Shown here: one piece after another, positions 50,408 through 63,500 of the stretch
Layout of the letters: every line of letters starts with the position of its first letter
Numbering within the stretch: position 1 is the first letter of the stretch
DNA from: Mobula hypostoma
Taxonomy: Eukaryota
Assembly: GCF_963921235.1 (NCBI RefSeq)
Contig: NC_086108.1
Location: 111,850,001 to 111,914,000 of the forward strand
DNA length: 64,000 bases
Reading direction: 5' to 3'
Notes under the pieces: generated by a model
What the model saw: only the letters and a program-made list of their open reading frames with translations
Database searches by the model: none
Told to the model about the DNA's origin: nothing
Program-made: the position numbers and the translations under genes

Positions 50408-50605
50408 GTTGGTAACACGTACCACGAGGTCTGGTACGATGATCCCGAGAGCATTTCTATGAGGGTGTCTATCGTGCTGAAACTGAACCTCCGTGGTGTC
50501 GGCGTGTGGACTGCAAACGAAATCAACTACGCTGATGATGCCAGAGCAAGAATGCAGGCTGCGGAGATGTGGAACGCAGTGTGTCCTCCCTGGTGCAATT
50601 ACTGA
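50408..50605 (+). CDS. CTBS-like: CTBS-like gene B, terminal exon 7 (no upstream exons found in window)
   Basis: Pyrimidine tract plus tttgcag acceptor. Translates to VGNTYHEVWYDDPESISMRVSIVLKLNLRGVGVWTANEINYADDARARMQAAEMWNAVCPPWCNY*, matching CTBS HQVWYDNPQSIS...LRGIGMW. Confidence 0.88.
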   Translation, partial: VGNTYHEVWYDDPESISMRVSIVLKLNLRGVGVWTANEINYADDARARMQAAEMWNAVCPPWCNY

Positions 50606-51164
50606 GTGTGAACCATTTCATCTCTGTATCAGCTCATCAATTAGTATTGCAAGATGAGCATCGTTATCTCTAGTATCCGATAATTTCTCACCCTCTCCCC
50701 AATCTAGCTCCCCTCCTACCCCTTTTCATTTCCTCACCTGTCCACCTCCCTCTGTTCCCCCCTCGTCCCCCTTCTCCCCTCCCCTTCTCCCATGGTCCAC
50801 ATTCATCGCCAGATTCCTCCTTCAGTTCTTCACCATAGAAACTATAGAAACTACAGCACAGAAACAGGCCTTTTGGCCCTCCTTGGCTGTGCCGAACCAT
50901 TTTCTGCCTAGTCCCACTGACCTGCACACGGACCATATCCCTCCATACACCTCCCATCCATGTATCTGTCCAATTTATTCTTAAATGTTAAAAAAAAACC
51001 TGCATTTACCACCTCATCTGGCAGCTCATTCCATACTCCCACCACTCTCTGTGTGAAGAAGCCCCCCTAATGTTCCCTTTAAACTTTTCCCTCCTCACCC
51101 TTAACCCATGTCCTCTGGTTTTTTTTTCACCTTTCCCACCTACCAACTTCCAGTTTCTCAATTC

Positions 51165-51510
51165 ATCCTCCCCGTCACCTGGCCTCACCTATCACCTGCC
51201 AGTCTGTACTCCTCCCCCTCCCTCCCCACCCACCCATCCTCCCCCTCACCTGCTCTCACCTATCACCTGCCAGTCTGTACTCCTCCCCCTCCCTCCCCAC
51301 CCACCCATCCTCCCCCTCACCTGGTCTCACCTATCACCTGCCAGTCTGTACTCCTCCCCCTCCCTCCTCACCCAGCCATCCTCCCCCTCACCTGGCCTCA
51401 CCTATCACCTGCCAGTCTGTACTCCTCCCCCTCCCTCTCCACCCACCCATCCTCCCCCTCACCTGCTCTCACCTATCACCTGCCAGTCTGTACTCCTCCC
51501 CCTCCCTCCA
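51165..51510 (+). repeat. 71-bp minisatellite, about 5 copies
   Basis: atcacctgccagtctgtactcc recurs at 51191, 51262, 51333, 51404 and 51475. Confidence 0.95.
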
Positions 51511-51777
51511 GCTTCTTATTCCGGCTTCTTCCCCCTTCCTTTCCAGTCCTGATGAAGGGTCTCGGTCTGAAACATCGACTGTTTATTCCTCTCCATAGAT
51601 GCTGCCTGACCTACTGAGTTCCTCCAGCATTTTCTGAGTGTAACAAAATTGAGCTCATTTGTAATAATAGTAAAATAAATATAAATCTAGAAAACAATTC
51701 AAACATTTTATTCATTAAATTCAAATGAAGCCGTACAATAGAAAGAGACGCATCATTCACAACCACCAACCTTGAGC

Positions 51778-52480
51778 TGGGGGTTCACTTTAAGAGGCTG
51801 CTCTGACGTGATGACGTTATTACGTAAAGAGTTTTAACACACTTTTGTGTGTACGTTTTGAAGTTCAATAAAACGTGTTATGGATTTTGTTAAATATAAA
51901 ATGCCTCACTTCATTTCATTTGCAAAATCCTACACTGGTGACCCCGATGCTCTAGCACGATTCCAGAGTTATTGTACATGTTGGCCAACGCAGTCACATT
52001 GAAACTGCTGGAGATCTGGAGCAAAATCTTTTGGTTGGTTTGTACAAGCAGAGGCCCAATTCGCACTGTGAGAAATCACTGCCGATGACACCAAGTTTTA
52101 TTTACTATGTGGTAGTATCACTCAGAATCTCCACGGTTGCGAGGGTGGTGAGTCTGCTTGAACACCCGCCTGAACACAATAAATGCCAATCGCTGAAAAT
52201 TTACCTTTCACAGACCTTTGGAGTCTGAGCATGCCAAACATTTGCTGTCCTTGCCCAGTCTCGGTGACGTTAGGCCTTCAGAGCTAATGGACACCCTGCT
52301 GTCTCTGCTGGGAAATCACCATCCTTGTTTTATTGTTAAAGAACCTTCATGCAGTGAATCCCTGATCAAGTTTGCATAGCCCTCACTAATCACCCATGAT
52401 GGACTATGGGCATCATGCTAAAATGGTTGATAGTCTACACTCAGCTAGGCAGCAATGCATCATTCCTCCTCCTTTCTCTA
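51778..52480 (+). mobile_element. Gypsy-like LTR retrotransposon 5' remnant (LTR, PBS, decayed gag)
   Basis: LTR-like segment with aataaa ending in ...ctaca at 51934. PBS tggtgaccccga at 51936-51947 (tRNA-Trp-like). Gag-like NAVTLKL...WFVQAEAQF across a frameshift. Confidence 0.75.
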
Positions 52481-52864
52481 CCTCAATAAGAAAGATGTCA
52501 ATAAAATTGAGAGAGTTCAGAGGAGATTTGCTAAAATGTTGCCTGGGTTTCATCTCCTAAGTTACAAAGGAAGGTTCAACAAGTTAGGTGTTTGTTCTTT
52601 GGAGCGTAGAAGGTTGAGGGGGACTTGATAGAGGTAATTAAAATTTAGAGATACAGCTTAGAACAGGCCCTTCTGGCCTAACAGGCCATACTACCTGGCA
52701 ACCCACTGATTTAATCCTGGCCTAATCACAGGCCATTTACTGGGGGTTTAGAATGTATGTCTAGTGCACATTCCGGAGCAGAGGGTGGCGGTAATGCACC
52801 ATTAAGCTGGATGCCAACCGCCGTAAAACAAGATACAGACAGACAGACCATTTACCCACTAATC

Positions 52865-54037
52865 CAGCGGTCCCCAACCACCGGGCCGCGAGGAAGCGAT
52901 ATGATTGGTCAGCTGCACCTTTCCTCTTGTCACGCCACTGATCAGCCATTACGCATGCGAGGTCATGACCCGCGCGTCATCCCTGTCAGGGCGGGAAGGT
53001 GATCAACTCCTCGAGCTTGCAAATGTCGACGGGCTGAAAAGTATGTTTGACATAACATCTCTGTCGGCATTTTGGATCAAAGTCAAGGCTAAATATCCTG
53101 AGATAGCCACGAAAGCACTCAAAACGTTGCTTTCATTCCTAACATTTTTCTGCGAAGTGGAGTTTTCTGCAATGAATGCAACGGAAACTAAACTGCGGAA
53201 TAGACTGGACATCAGGAACTCCCTTCGAGTATCGCTGTCTCCCGTCACCCCTCAATAGGACCGTCTTGTTGCAGGGAAACAAGCCCAGGGCTCCCACTGA
53301 TTCAGCGATATTGGTGTGTTGCAATGATTTTATATATTCATACGGGGAAAATATGTGCTGTGTGTTTAATATCCAAACGTTACTTAAAATGTTATGATGC
53401 TATTGACTTATAAGTGACCTATATAACCATATAACAATTACAGCACAGAAACAGGCCATCTCGGCCCTTCTGGTCCGTGTCGAACGCTACTCTCACCTAG
53501 TCCCACCGACCTGCACTCAGCCCATACCCCTCCATTCCTTTCCTGCCCAGATACCTGTCCAATATTTCTTTAAATGATCATATCGAACCTGCTTCTGCCA
53601 CTTCTACTGGAAGTTCGTTCAACACTTCACGCTCCCCTGATAATTGACTTACCATTATATCTATGCGAGGAAAAGATGCGCTGTGTGTTTAATATTAAAT
53701 TCGTTAGATAAACCCGTTTAGAAACAAAATTGAGTGTATTACCCACTAATCACCTATATTCCGGTAGTGATTAACACCAACCCCACGAACAGAATCGCAA
53801 AAAATGATTCGCTTGGTGGGGGAAGGAATCGGCTGGTCACGACACGCATGCGCATTGGTACCCGCGCAAGGCTTAATGGTCATTGTAGTCTTTTGTGTAA
53901 ACAACGCATTTGACTGCTACCCTTGTTTGTTGGCAACCCTCCCATCCCCCTCCCCCGTCTCCCACCGGTTGGCCGGTCCGTATGAATATTGTCAATATTA
54001 AACCGGTCTGCAGTGCAAAAAAGTTTGGGGACCCCTG
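52865..54037 (+). mobile_element. hAT (Charlie-like) internally deleted DNA transposon
   Basis: TIRs cagcggtccccaacc and gtttggggacccctg. Dimerisation-domain peptide FWIKVKAKYPEIATKALK...CEVEFSAM...KLRNRLD. Degenerate 8-bp flanks cactaatc/aaccaatc. Confidence 0.85.
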
Positions 54038-54199
54038 AACCAATCAGTCTGTCTTTGGACTGCAGGAGGAAACCAGAGCACCTGAAGGAAACCTACGGCA
54101 TCAGAATTGAACTCTGAACTCCAACCCCCCCCCGACCGGTAACAGCGTTGCACTAACTGCTACGCGACTGCTGCACCCTTTGTTTGTTAATACAGTTCA

Positions 54200-55425
54200 T
54201 TTTTGAGAATGTGACTAAACACGTTGATGAAGGTAGAGCAGTAGATGTAGTGCATATGGATTTCCAGGCATTTGAGAAGGTACCCCATGCAAGGCTTACT
54301 GAGAAAGTAAGGAGGCATAGGATCCAAGGGGACATTGCTTTGTGAATCCAGAACTGGCTTACCCACAGAGGCAAAGACTGGTTGTAGACAGGTCATATTC
54401 TGCATGGAGGTGGGTGACCAGTGGAGTGCCTCAGGGATCTGTTCTGGGACCCGTACTCTTTGTGATTTTTATAAATGACCTGGATGAGGGAGTGGAGGGG
54501 TGGGTTAGTAAGTTTGCTGATGATGCAAAGGTTGGGGATGTTGTGGATAGTGTGGAGTGCCGACGGAAGTTACAGCGGGACATTGATAGGATGCAAAACT
54601 GGGCTGAGAAGTGGCAGATGGAGTTCAGCCCAGGTAAGTGTGAGGTGGTTCATTTTGGTAGGTCAAATATAATGGCGGGATATAGTATTAATGGTAAGAC
54701 TCTTGGCAGTGTGGAGGATCAGAGGGATCATGGGGTCCGAGTCCATAAGACACTCAAAGCTGCTGCGCAGGTTGACTCTGTGGTTAAGAAAGCATATGGT
54801 GCATTGGCCTTCATCAACTGTGGGATTCAGTTGAGGAGCTGAGAGTTAATATTGCAGCTATATAGGACCCTGGTCAGACCCCACTTGGAGTACTGTGCTC
54901 AGTTCTGGACGCCTCACTACAGGAAGGATGTGGAAACCATAGAAAGGGTGCAGAGATTTACAAGGACGTTGCCTGGATTGGGGAGAATGCCTTATGAAAA
55001 CAGGTTGAGTGAACTCTGCCTTTTTTCCTTGGAGCGACGGAGGATGAGAGGTGACCTGATAGAGGTGTATAAGATGATGAGAGGCATTGATCGTGTGGAT
55101 AGTCAAAGGCTTCTTCCCAGGGCTGAAATGGCTACTATGAGAGGGCACAGTTTTAAGGTGCTTGGAAGAAGGTACAGAGGAGATATCAGGGGTAAGTTTT
55201 TTACTCAGAGAGTGGTGAGTGCATGGAATGGGCTGCCAGTGACGGTGGTGGAGGCGGATATGATAGGGCCTTTTAAGAGACTCCTGGACAGGTATATGGA
55301 GCTTAGAAAAATAGAGGGCTATGGGTAACCCTCAGTAATTTCTCAGGTAAGGACATGTTCGGTACAGTTTTATGGGCCGAAGGTCCTGTATTGTGCTGTA
55401 AGGTTTCTATATTTCTATGTTTCTG
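54200..55425 (+). mobile_element. CR1 LINE RT/3' fragment
   Basis: [27 protein letters not shown] and tttctatgtttct tail. Confidence 0.92.
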
Positions 55426-56090
55426 TGTATATACAATTATAAGCAATTTGCTGTTTGAAATTGTAAACCTTCCGGTACATTGGATTAATACATCCCTTTC
55501 CAAAGAATGCATTCATTTCAATTGATTAATAAAATGATATGTTTGGTTTTAGATTAATATTTATTTAACTGCTGTTGTTGGATATCACCCACCCACTCTA
55601 CTCATGATCTGTCTGTCCCACTCCCATCAGGGAGGAGGCTACATAGCCAGGCCCACCAGACTCAAAAACAGTTACTTTCCCCAAGCAGTGAGGCTGATCA
55701 ACACCTCCACCCACTAACCCACCCCTCCACACCCCCGACCACCACTACTTTATCATTTCCTGTCAGAGTCACCTTATGTACAGACACTCCTGTGCCTAGC
55801 GACACTTTACGGACATACAGTTAATCTGTGGAAATCAGTTATCTTAGTATTTATATTTCTTGCTTTATTATTATTTTTGTTTTTTATCTTTTTGTGTTTT
55901 TTGCTCTGCAGAGTAACAATTAGAGTAACAATCCAGAGTAACAATTATTTCATTCTCCTTTACACTTGTGTACTGAGAATGACATCAAACAATCTTGAAT
56001 CTTGAACTGAGTTCATCTTTGTTTTGTTTTCTTGCAATGCTAATCGATGAGCCAAGACAGAGATGAAATGGTTCACACTCAGTCTTTCCC

Positions 56091-56276
56091 TCAGGGAGGG
56101 CACAGTGCGTTCCACATCTCCACGGCCTGCATTGTTACTCTGGCATCTCCAGTGTAGTTGATGTCGTTTGCAGCCCACACGCCGATGCCACGGATTTTCA
56201 GTTTCTTCACGATGGACATCCTCATTGAAATACTCTCGGGATCATCGTACCAAACCTCGTGGTATGTGTCAAAATC
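56091..56276 (-). CDS. CTBS-like: CTBS-like gene C, terminal exon 7
   Basis: Acceptor ctttttcag. Translates to DFDTYHEVWYDDPESISMRMSIVKKLKIRGIGVWAANDINYTGDARVTMQAVEMWNALCPP*. Phase 0, compatible with the exon ending at 63883. Confidence 0.9.
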   Translation of the reverse strand, partial: DFDTYHEVWYDDPESISMRMSIVKKLKIRGIGVWAANDINYTGDARVTMQAVEMWNALCPP

Positions 56277-56423
56277 CTGAAAAAGAGACATGCACAGATA
56301 GAAACCAATGTTAGATCGAGAATTTATCCTTGTAGTGTTCCTTGATACTGCTTTTTTTTCTATACAAGATATCTTTATTTCAAATTCAATGTTATATATA
56401 CAAAACAGTGACTAACACAATTA

Positions 56424-57210
56424 ACAACAGGAATTCTGCAGATGCTGGAAATTCAAGCAACATACTTCAAAGTTGCTGGTGAACGCAGCAGGCCAAGCAG
56501 CATCTATAGGAAGAGGTGCAGTCGATGTTTCAGGCCGAGACCCTTCGTCAGGACTAACAGAAGGAAGAGTGAGTAAGGGATTTGAAAGTTGGAGGGGGAG
56601 GGGAAGATCCAAAATGATAGGAGAAGACAGGAGGGGGAGGGATGGAGCCGAGAGCTGGACAGGTGATAGGCAAAAGGGGATACGAGAGGATCATGGGACA
56701 GGAGGTCCGGGAAGAAAGACGGGGGGGGGGTGACCCAGAGGATGGGCAAGAGGTATATTCAGAGGGACAGAGGGAGAAAAAGGAGAGTGAAAGAAAGAAT
56801 GTGTGCATAAAAATGAGTAACAGATGGGGTACGAGGGGGAGGTGGGGACTTAGCGGAAGTTAGAGAAGTCGATGTCCATGTCATCAGGTTGGAGGCTACC
56901 CAGACGGAATATAAGGTGTTGTTCCTCCAACCTGAGTGTGGCTTCATCTTTACAGTAGAGGAGGCCGTGGATAGACATGTCAGAATGGGAATGGGATGTG
57001 GAATTAAAATGTGTGGCCACTGGGAGATCCTGCTTTCTCGGGCGGACAGAGCGTAGACGTTCAGCAAAGCGGTCTCCCAGTCTGTGTCGGGTCTCGCCAA
57101 TATATAAAAGGCCACATCGGGAGCGCCGGACGCAGTATATCACCCCAGTCGTGCCAATATATAAAAGGCCACATCGGGAGCGCCGGACGCAGTATATCAC
57201 CCCAGTCGAA
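56424..57210 (-). mobile_element. Penelope GIY-YIG/3' insertion with 13-bp target-site duplication, copy 2 only
   Basis: GVIYCVRRSRCGLLYIGET (57-bp block duplicated). actaacacaatta at 56411-56423 and 57211-57223. Empty site at 619-631. Confidence 0.9.
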
Positions 57211-57859
57211 ACTAACACAATTACTTCACTATAAATAGACAATATGCGTTAAACTGAAACGTTTCCATCTCTGTCAATGATGGCATTTACACCCCGCAGA
57301 GCCCGATGGTCCCGGAACACCTCTAAGGTCACCGTGGACTGTACGTGTTCCTTCAAAATATTTACCCGGGCACAAACATACCCCCTAAACATTGCCAGGC
57401 AGATCCTCCCGCCACCCATTTCCAAGACCCACAGATGGCTGTTTTCGCCAGCCCCAGGAGCAAGTTGACAAGGACATCCTCATCCCTCCATGCGCCCCTC
57501 CTTACCCGTATATAAATAGGGTGGGGCTGAAACGCAACCAGAATGCGAGAAGCAGCCCACGCAGCTACACAAAGAGGGGCTGCAGCTGCATGAAGGTGAC
57601 ATGGTGGTGCACGGCTTAGCCTAACACTTTACAATGCCAGAGGTCCGGGTTCAATCCCCACCACTGTATCTCTAGACAGACAATATCTCTTTCCTATAGT
57701 TCGAGTGACTAATACCAGAGGGCGTGAGGTGAGAGGACGTCATTTCAAAGGAGTTGAGGGCAGGTTATTGACAGAGAGTGTGGAGGGTGCCTAGAATGTG
57801 CTGCCTGGGGTGGTGATAGTGGCAGATACATTAGAGGCTTACAAGAGACGTTTACAAGG

Positions 57860-59258
57860 TCCCTGATGCCCCTGAGATCTCTGTCTCAGAGGCCGATGTT
57901 AGACTGTATTTAAAGCGAGTGAACCCTCGCAATGCAGAAGGTCCTGATGGAGTACCTGGCAGAGGTATTCAAGGACATTTTCAACCTCTCACTGCTACGA
58001 GCAGAAGTTCCCACTTGCTCCAGAAAGGCAACAATTATACTGGTGCCAAAGAAGAATAACGTGAGCTACCTTAATGACTATCGCCTGGTAGCACTCACAT
58101 CTAGAGTGATGAAATGCTTTGAGAGGTTGGTTATGACTAGATTGAACTCCTGCCTCAGCAAGGTCCTGGACCCATTGCAATTTGCCTATCACCACAATAG
58201 ATCAAAGGCAGACACAACCTCAAGGCTCTCCACACGGCTTAAGACCACCGAGACAACACAAACTCCTATGTCAGGATGCTGTTCATCGACTATAGCTCAG
58301 CATTTAATACCATCAGTCCCACAATCCTGATTGAGAAGTTGCAAAACCTGGGACTCTGTACCTCCCTCTGCAATTGGATCCTCGAATTCCTAACCAGAAG
58401 ACCACAGTCTGTGCGGATTGGTGATAACATATCCTCCTCACTGACGATCAACACTGGTGCACCTCAGGGGTGTGTGCTTAGCCTACTGCTCTACTCTCTC
58501 TATACCCATGACTGTGTGGCTAGGCATAGCTCAAATACCATCCATAAATTTGCTGACGATACAAACATTGTTGGTAAAATCTCAGGTGGTGATGAGAGGG
58601 TGTACAGGAGTGTGATGTACCAACTAGTGAATGGTGTCGCAGCAACAACCTGGCACTCAACGTCAGTAAGACGAAAGAGCTGATTGTGGATTTCAGGGAG
58701 GGTAAGACGAAGTAACACATACCAATCCTCATAGAGGGATCAGAAGTGGAGAGAATGAGTAGGTTCAAGTTCCAGGGTGTCAGGATCTCTGAGGATCTAA
58801 CCTGGTCCCAACATACCGATGTAGTCATAAGGAAGGCAAGACAGCAGCTGTACTTTTTAAGGATTTGAAGAGATTTGGCATGTCAACAAATACACTCAAA
58901 AACTTCTATAGCTGTACTGTGGAGAGCATTCTGACAGGCTGCATCACTGTCTGGTATGGAGGGGCTACTGGCAGAACCAAAAGAAGCTGCAGAAGGTTGT
59001 AAATCTAGTCAGCTCCATCTTGGGCACTAGCCTACAAAGTACCCAGGACATCTTTAGGGAGTGGTGTCTCAGAAAGGCAGCGTCCATTATTAAGTACCTC
59101 CAGCACCCAGGGCATGCCCTTTTCTCACTGTTACCATCAGGTAGGAGATACAGAAGCCTGAAGGCACACACTCAGCAATTCAGGAACAACTTCTTCCCTT
59201 CTGCCATCTGATTCCGAAATGGACATTGAAGCTTTGGACACTACCTCACTTTTTTTAA
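57860..59258 (+). mobile_element. Rex1/Babar-type LINE fragment (paralogue of 871-1770)
   Basis: [11 protein letters not shown]...[21 protein letters not shown] and HPGHALFSLLPSGRRYRS. Confidence 0.85.
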
Positions 59259-59841
59259 TTGTAAGGAGTTTGTGTATTCTTGACCACAAAGGTTTTATTT
59301 AGGTGCTCCTGTTTCTTCCCACAATCTAAAGATGTATGGTTAGAGTTAATGAGTTGGGTCATGCCACGTTGGTGCCAGAATCATGGTGACACTTGTCGGC
59401 TGCCCCCAGCACATCCTCAGACTGTGTTGGTCATTGACACGATGAAACATTTTCAATATTTTGATATTCAGTACTTGTGGCAAATAAAGCAATTCTCTGT
59501 CTTTATCTTTTTACTATCTAGAATAACACCCTGAGTTCCAAATTATAACCTTTGCACACTTTTTATTTGGGCCCTTTTTAAAGGTGTTTAGAAAATCCAA
59601 CGCCCCACACGTAATCATTCTATTTGGCAAACACAATAACCCTTTGCTAGTTCCGTGTGAAGTTTGTCATTGTATTGCTAATAGTTTCTATGTGCTGTTG
59701 TTTTATTCTTGCAGCAACTATAATGGTGGGGGGGAGGGTAAGGCAATAATCTGAGATTTTAAACAAACTTCTTGCCCCTGTTTTCACAGTAGCAGACACA
59801 AAGTAAACAGTCCAATTACACGAGATCAAATTTTAGGGAAA

Positions 59842-60594
59842 GCGTGGTCGCATTGTGTATTCCAGGGACCAGCTGCTTGCGCTTATGCCGGCTGGTTTAG
59901 CGAGCAGAGTGGCGAACACCCCTGCTGAAATCTGGAGGAAAACGCACAGAGGATGCAGAGGGGGATCACAAAGGCGAGGAAAGAGGACCGGGTCGAGACA
60001 ACAGAGGCTTATGGAGAAGTGGAGTTCGGTGGGTAATAAAATGGACGAGTTCACGGTGCTAGCCAGGCATCAGAGAACATTTTGGAAGTGCAGTGTTATG
60101 TGTTTCACTGGAACGGGGCTGCACAAGAACATACCCGTCCAAAGCGTTTCCATGGACGGCTCCAGACCGTTCGGGCTGACCGGAAGTGCACTGAGAGCGG
60201 TAAGCATAAAGGAGTTGGGTGCTTACTGTTCTGGTTAACAACGGGTGGTGCAATCCAGGTCATATTACGATCGAGGAACGTGTTTGCAGACTGGATATTG
60301 AACTTTTTACTGTTGGACTTCGGCCATATTCCACCAAGATACAACACTGGGCGGCACGGGAGTTCGTTCCTGCCTGTGGCCATCGAACTTTGCAGCTCCT
60401 CCCGTGGAGGGTCAGACACCCTGAGTCAATAGGCTGGTCCCGGACTTATTTTCCATCTGGCATAGTTTGCATTTTGTTGTTTGATTGTTTGTGGTTTTTG
60501 TATTGCTATATTTATGCTCTATTCTTCGTTGGTGCGGCTGTAACGAAACCCAATTTTCCTCGGGATCAATAGAGTATATCTATCTACCTATCTA
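59842..60594 (+). mobile_element. Internally deleted Rex1/Babar-like LINE, copy 2 only
   Basis: 5' YSRDQLLAL and CSVMCFT endonuclease start fused to 3' SFLPVAIEL and a (tatc)n tail. Absent at ~5327 in copy 1. Confidence 0.65.
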
Positions 60595-63500
60595 AATAGA
60601 AATATTGGAGAAAGTAATGAGACCAGAAGTAGACAAAACCTCTGAACGTGATGATCACAACACATGAGTCTGGATGAATGACTGCAGAAACCCCCTCTCC
60701 CCTCTCCCCTCGTGTGGCAATGAATTCCACAGATACACTGCCAGAGGGATAAAGAAATTCCTCTTCATCTCTGTACTAAAGAGATGTCCTTCTATTCTAA
60801 GGCTGTGCTTTCTGGGCCTAGACTCCACTTTAGGAAACATCCTCTCCACGTCCACACTATCTAGATCTTTCAATATTTGATAGGTTTCAATAAGATGCAT
60901 CCTTGTTCTACTAAAGTCCAGAAAGTATCGGACCACTGGAAAATGATGTTGGAGAGGTAGTAATGGGGGGGACAATGAAATAGTGGATGAACTGAATAAG
61001 TATTTTGCGCCAGTCTTCACTGTGGAAGACACTAGCAGTATGGTGGAAGTTCCAGATATCAGGGGGCATGAAGTGTGTGAAGTTACCATAACTAAAGAGA
61101 AGCTTCTTGGGAAACTGAAAGGTCTGAAAGTAGTTAAGTCACCTGGACCAGATGCTGTACACCCCAGGGTTATGAAAGATATGGCTGAAGGGATCGTGGA
61201 GGCATTAGTATTGATTTTTCAAGAACCACTAGATTTTGAAATGGTTCTGGAAAACTGGAAAATTGTAAATGTCACTCTACTCTTCAAAAAGGGAGAGAGG
61301 CAAAAGAAAGGAAACTATAGGCCAGATAGACTGACCTCAGTGGTTGGGATGATGATGGAGTTGATTATTAAGAATGAGGTCTCAGGGTACTTGGAGGCAC
61401 ATGATAAAATAGGCCACAGTCAGCATGGTTTCCTCAAGGGAAAATTCTTACTTGACAAGAAATAAAAAGCAGGATAGAAAAAGGAGAATCAATTGATGTG
61501 TGTACTTGGATTTTCTGAAGGTCTTTGACAAGGTACCATACATGAGGCAGCTTTACAAGGTATGAGCCGATGGTATTACCGGGAATATTCTAGCATGGGT
61601 AAAGCAGTGACTGATTGACAGTGGGCAAAAAGTGGGAATGAAGGGAGCCTATTCTGGCTGACTGCTTTACAGGGGTCTGCGTTGGGACTGATTCTTTTTT
61701 ACATTATATATCAATGATTTGGATGATGGAATTGATGGCTTTGTTGCAAAGTTTGCAAATGATATGAAGACTATATGAAGGGGCAGGTAGTTTTGAGGAA
61801 GTAGAGAGGCTACAGAAGGACTTAGATGGATTAGGAGAATGGGCAATGAAATGGCAGGTGGAATACAGTGTTGTGAAGTGTATGGTCATACTCTCAGGTA
61901 GAAAAAATGGAAGGATAGACTATTTTATAATTGGAGAGAAAATACACAAAACAGGCACAAGGGGACTTGGGAGTCCTTATGCAAGATTCCCAAATGGTTA
62001 ATTTGCAGGTTGAGTCGGTGGTGAGTAAGGCAAATGCAATGTTAGCATTCATTTCAAGAGGACTGGAATATAAAAGCAAGGATGTAATGTTGAGACTTTA
62101 TAAACCAGTAGTGATGCCTCACGTGGAGTATTGTGAACAGTTTGGGGCTCCTTTGAAAGGATGTGCTGAAACTGGAGAGGGTTCAAAGGAGGTTCACAAA
62201 AATGATTCCAGGATTGAAAGGCTTGTCACGTGAAGAGAATTTGATGGCTCTGGGCCTGTATTCACTGGGATTCAGAAGAATGAGGGGTGACCTCATTGAA
62301 ACCTATCAAATGGTGAAAGGCCTTGACAGAGTGGATGTGGAGAGGATGTTTTCTCTGGTGGGAGAGTCTAAGATCAAAGGACACAGCCTTAGAATAGAGT
62401 GGTGTCCTTTTAGAATAGAGATGAGGAGGAATTTCTTCAGCCAGAGAGTGATGAATCTATGAATTCATTGCCACAGGCAGCTCTGGAGGTCTTGTCCTTT
62501 TGTATATTTAAGGCAGCGGTTGATAGGCTCTGGGTTGGTCAGAGCATGAAGGAATACAGAGAGAAGGCAGGAGACTGGGGCTGAGAGGAAAATTGGATCA
62601 ACTGTGATGAAATGGTGGAGCAGACTCGATGGGCTGAATGTCCTAATTCTGCTCCTATGTCTTATAGTTATATGGTCTAAGTACAAATTTAGAGCCAACA
62701 AACATTCCTCATACATTACCCCTTTCATTTCCAGAATCATTCTCATGAACCTCCTCTGGACTCTCTCCAATGCCTGCACATCTTTTCTTAGATAAGGAAC
62801 ACAAAACTGCTCACAATACTCCAAGTGCTGTCTGGCCAATGTCTTATAAAGACGTAGTATTCCAGTCCTCTTAAAATGAATACTAGCATTGCATTTGTCT
62901 TCCTCACCATCGACTTAACCTACAAACTAACCTTTAGGGAATCCTGCATGGGGACTCCTAAATCCCTTTGCACCACTGATTTATGAATTTTCTCCCAATT
63001 TAGAAAAAGTCTATGCCTTCAATCTTTCTACCATACACTTTTATCTGCCACTTCCTTGCCATTCTCCTAATCTGACTAAGTCCTTCTGCAGACTCACTGC
63101 CCCTCTACATATCTTCGTATCATCTGTAAACCTGCCCACAAAGCTATCAATTCTAAGTCATTGACACATCACGTTAAGTCGTGTTTCCAATACCGACTCC
63201 TGCAGAACACCACTAGTCAAGAGCAGCCAACTAGAATAGAACCCATTTATTTCCACGCTTTGGCTCCTGCCAATCAGCGAATCTTCTATACACACTCGTA
63301 TATTTCCCATATCATGGGCCCTTATCTTGTTAAGCAGCCTCGAGTGTGGCACCTTGTCAAAGATCTTCTGAAAATCCAAGTACACACACCATCCACTGGC
63401 TCTCCTTTGACTATCCTGATTGTTATTTCCCAAATAAGAGAATCTCTTAAAGAAGGCAATAAAAACATTGCAATCCCATGGTTGCTTCTCAAAATAGGGT

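Noticed and set aside
9440..50605. Idea that inversion at the inverted repeat could join gene A exons 1-6 to the orphan + strand exon 7
   Set aside because: Recombination between the arms flips only the interior (32.8-44.5 kb). Both gene parts lie outside it, and gene A intron 6 matches gene C, not B.
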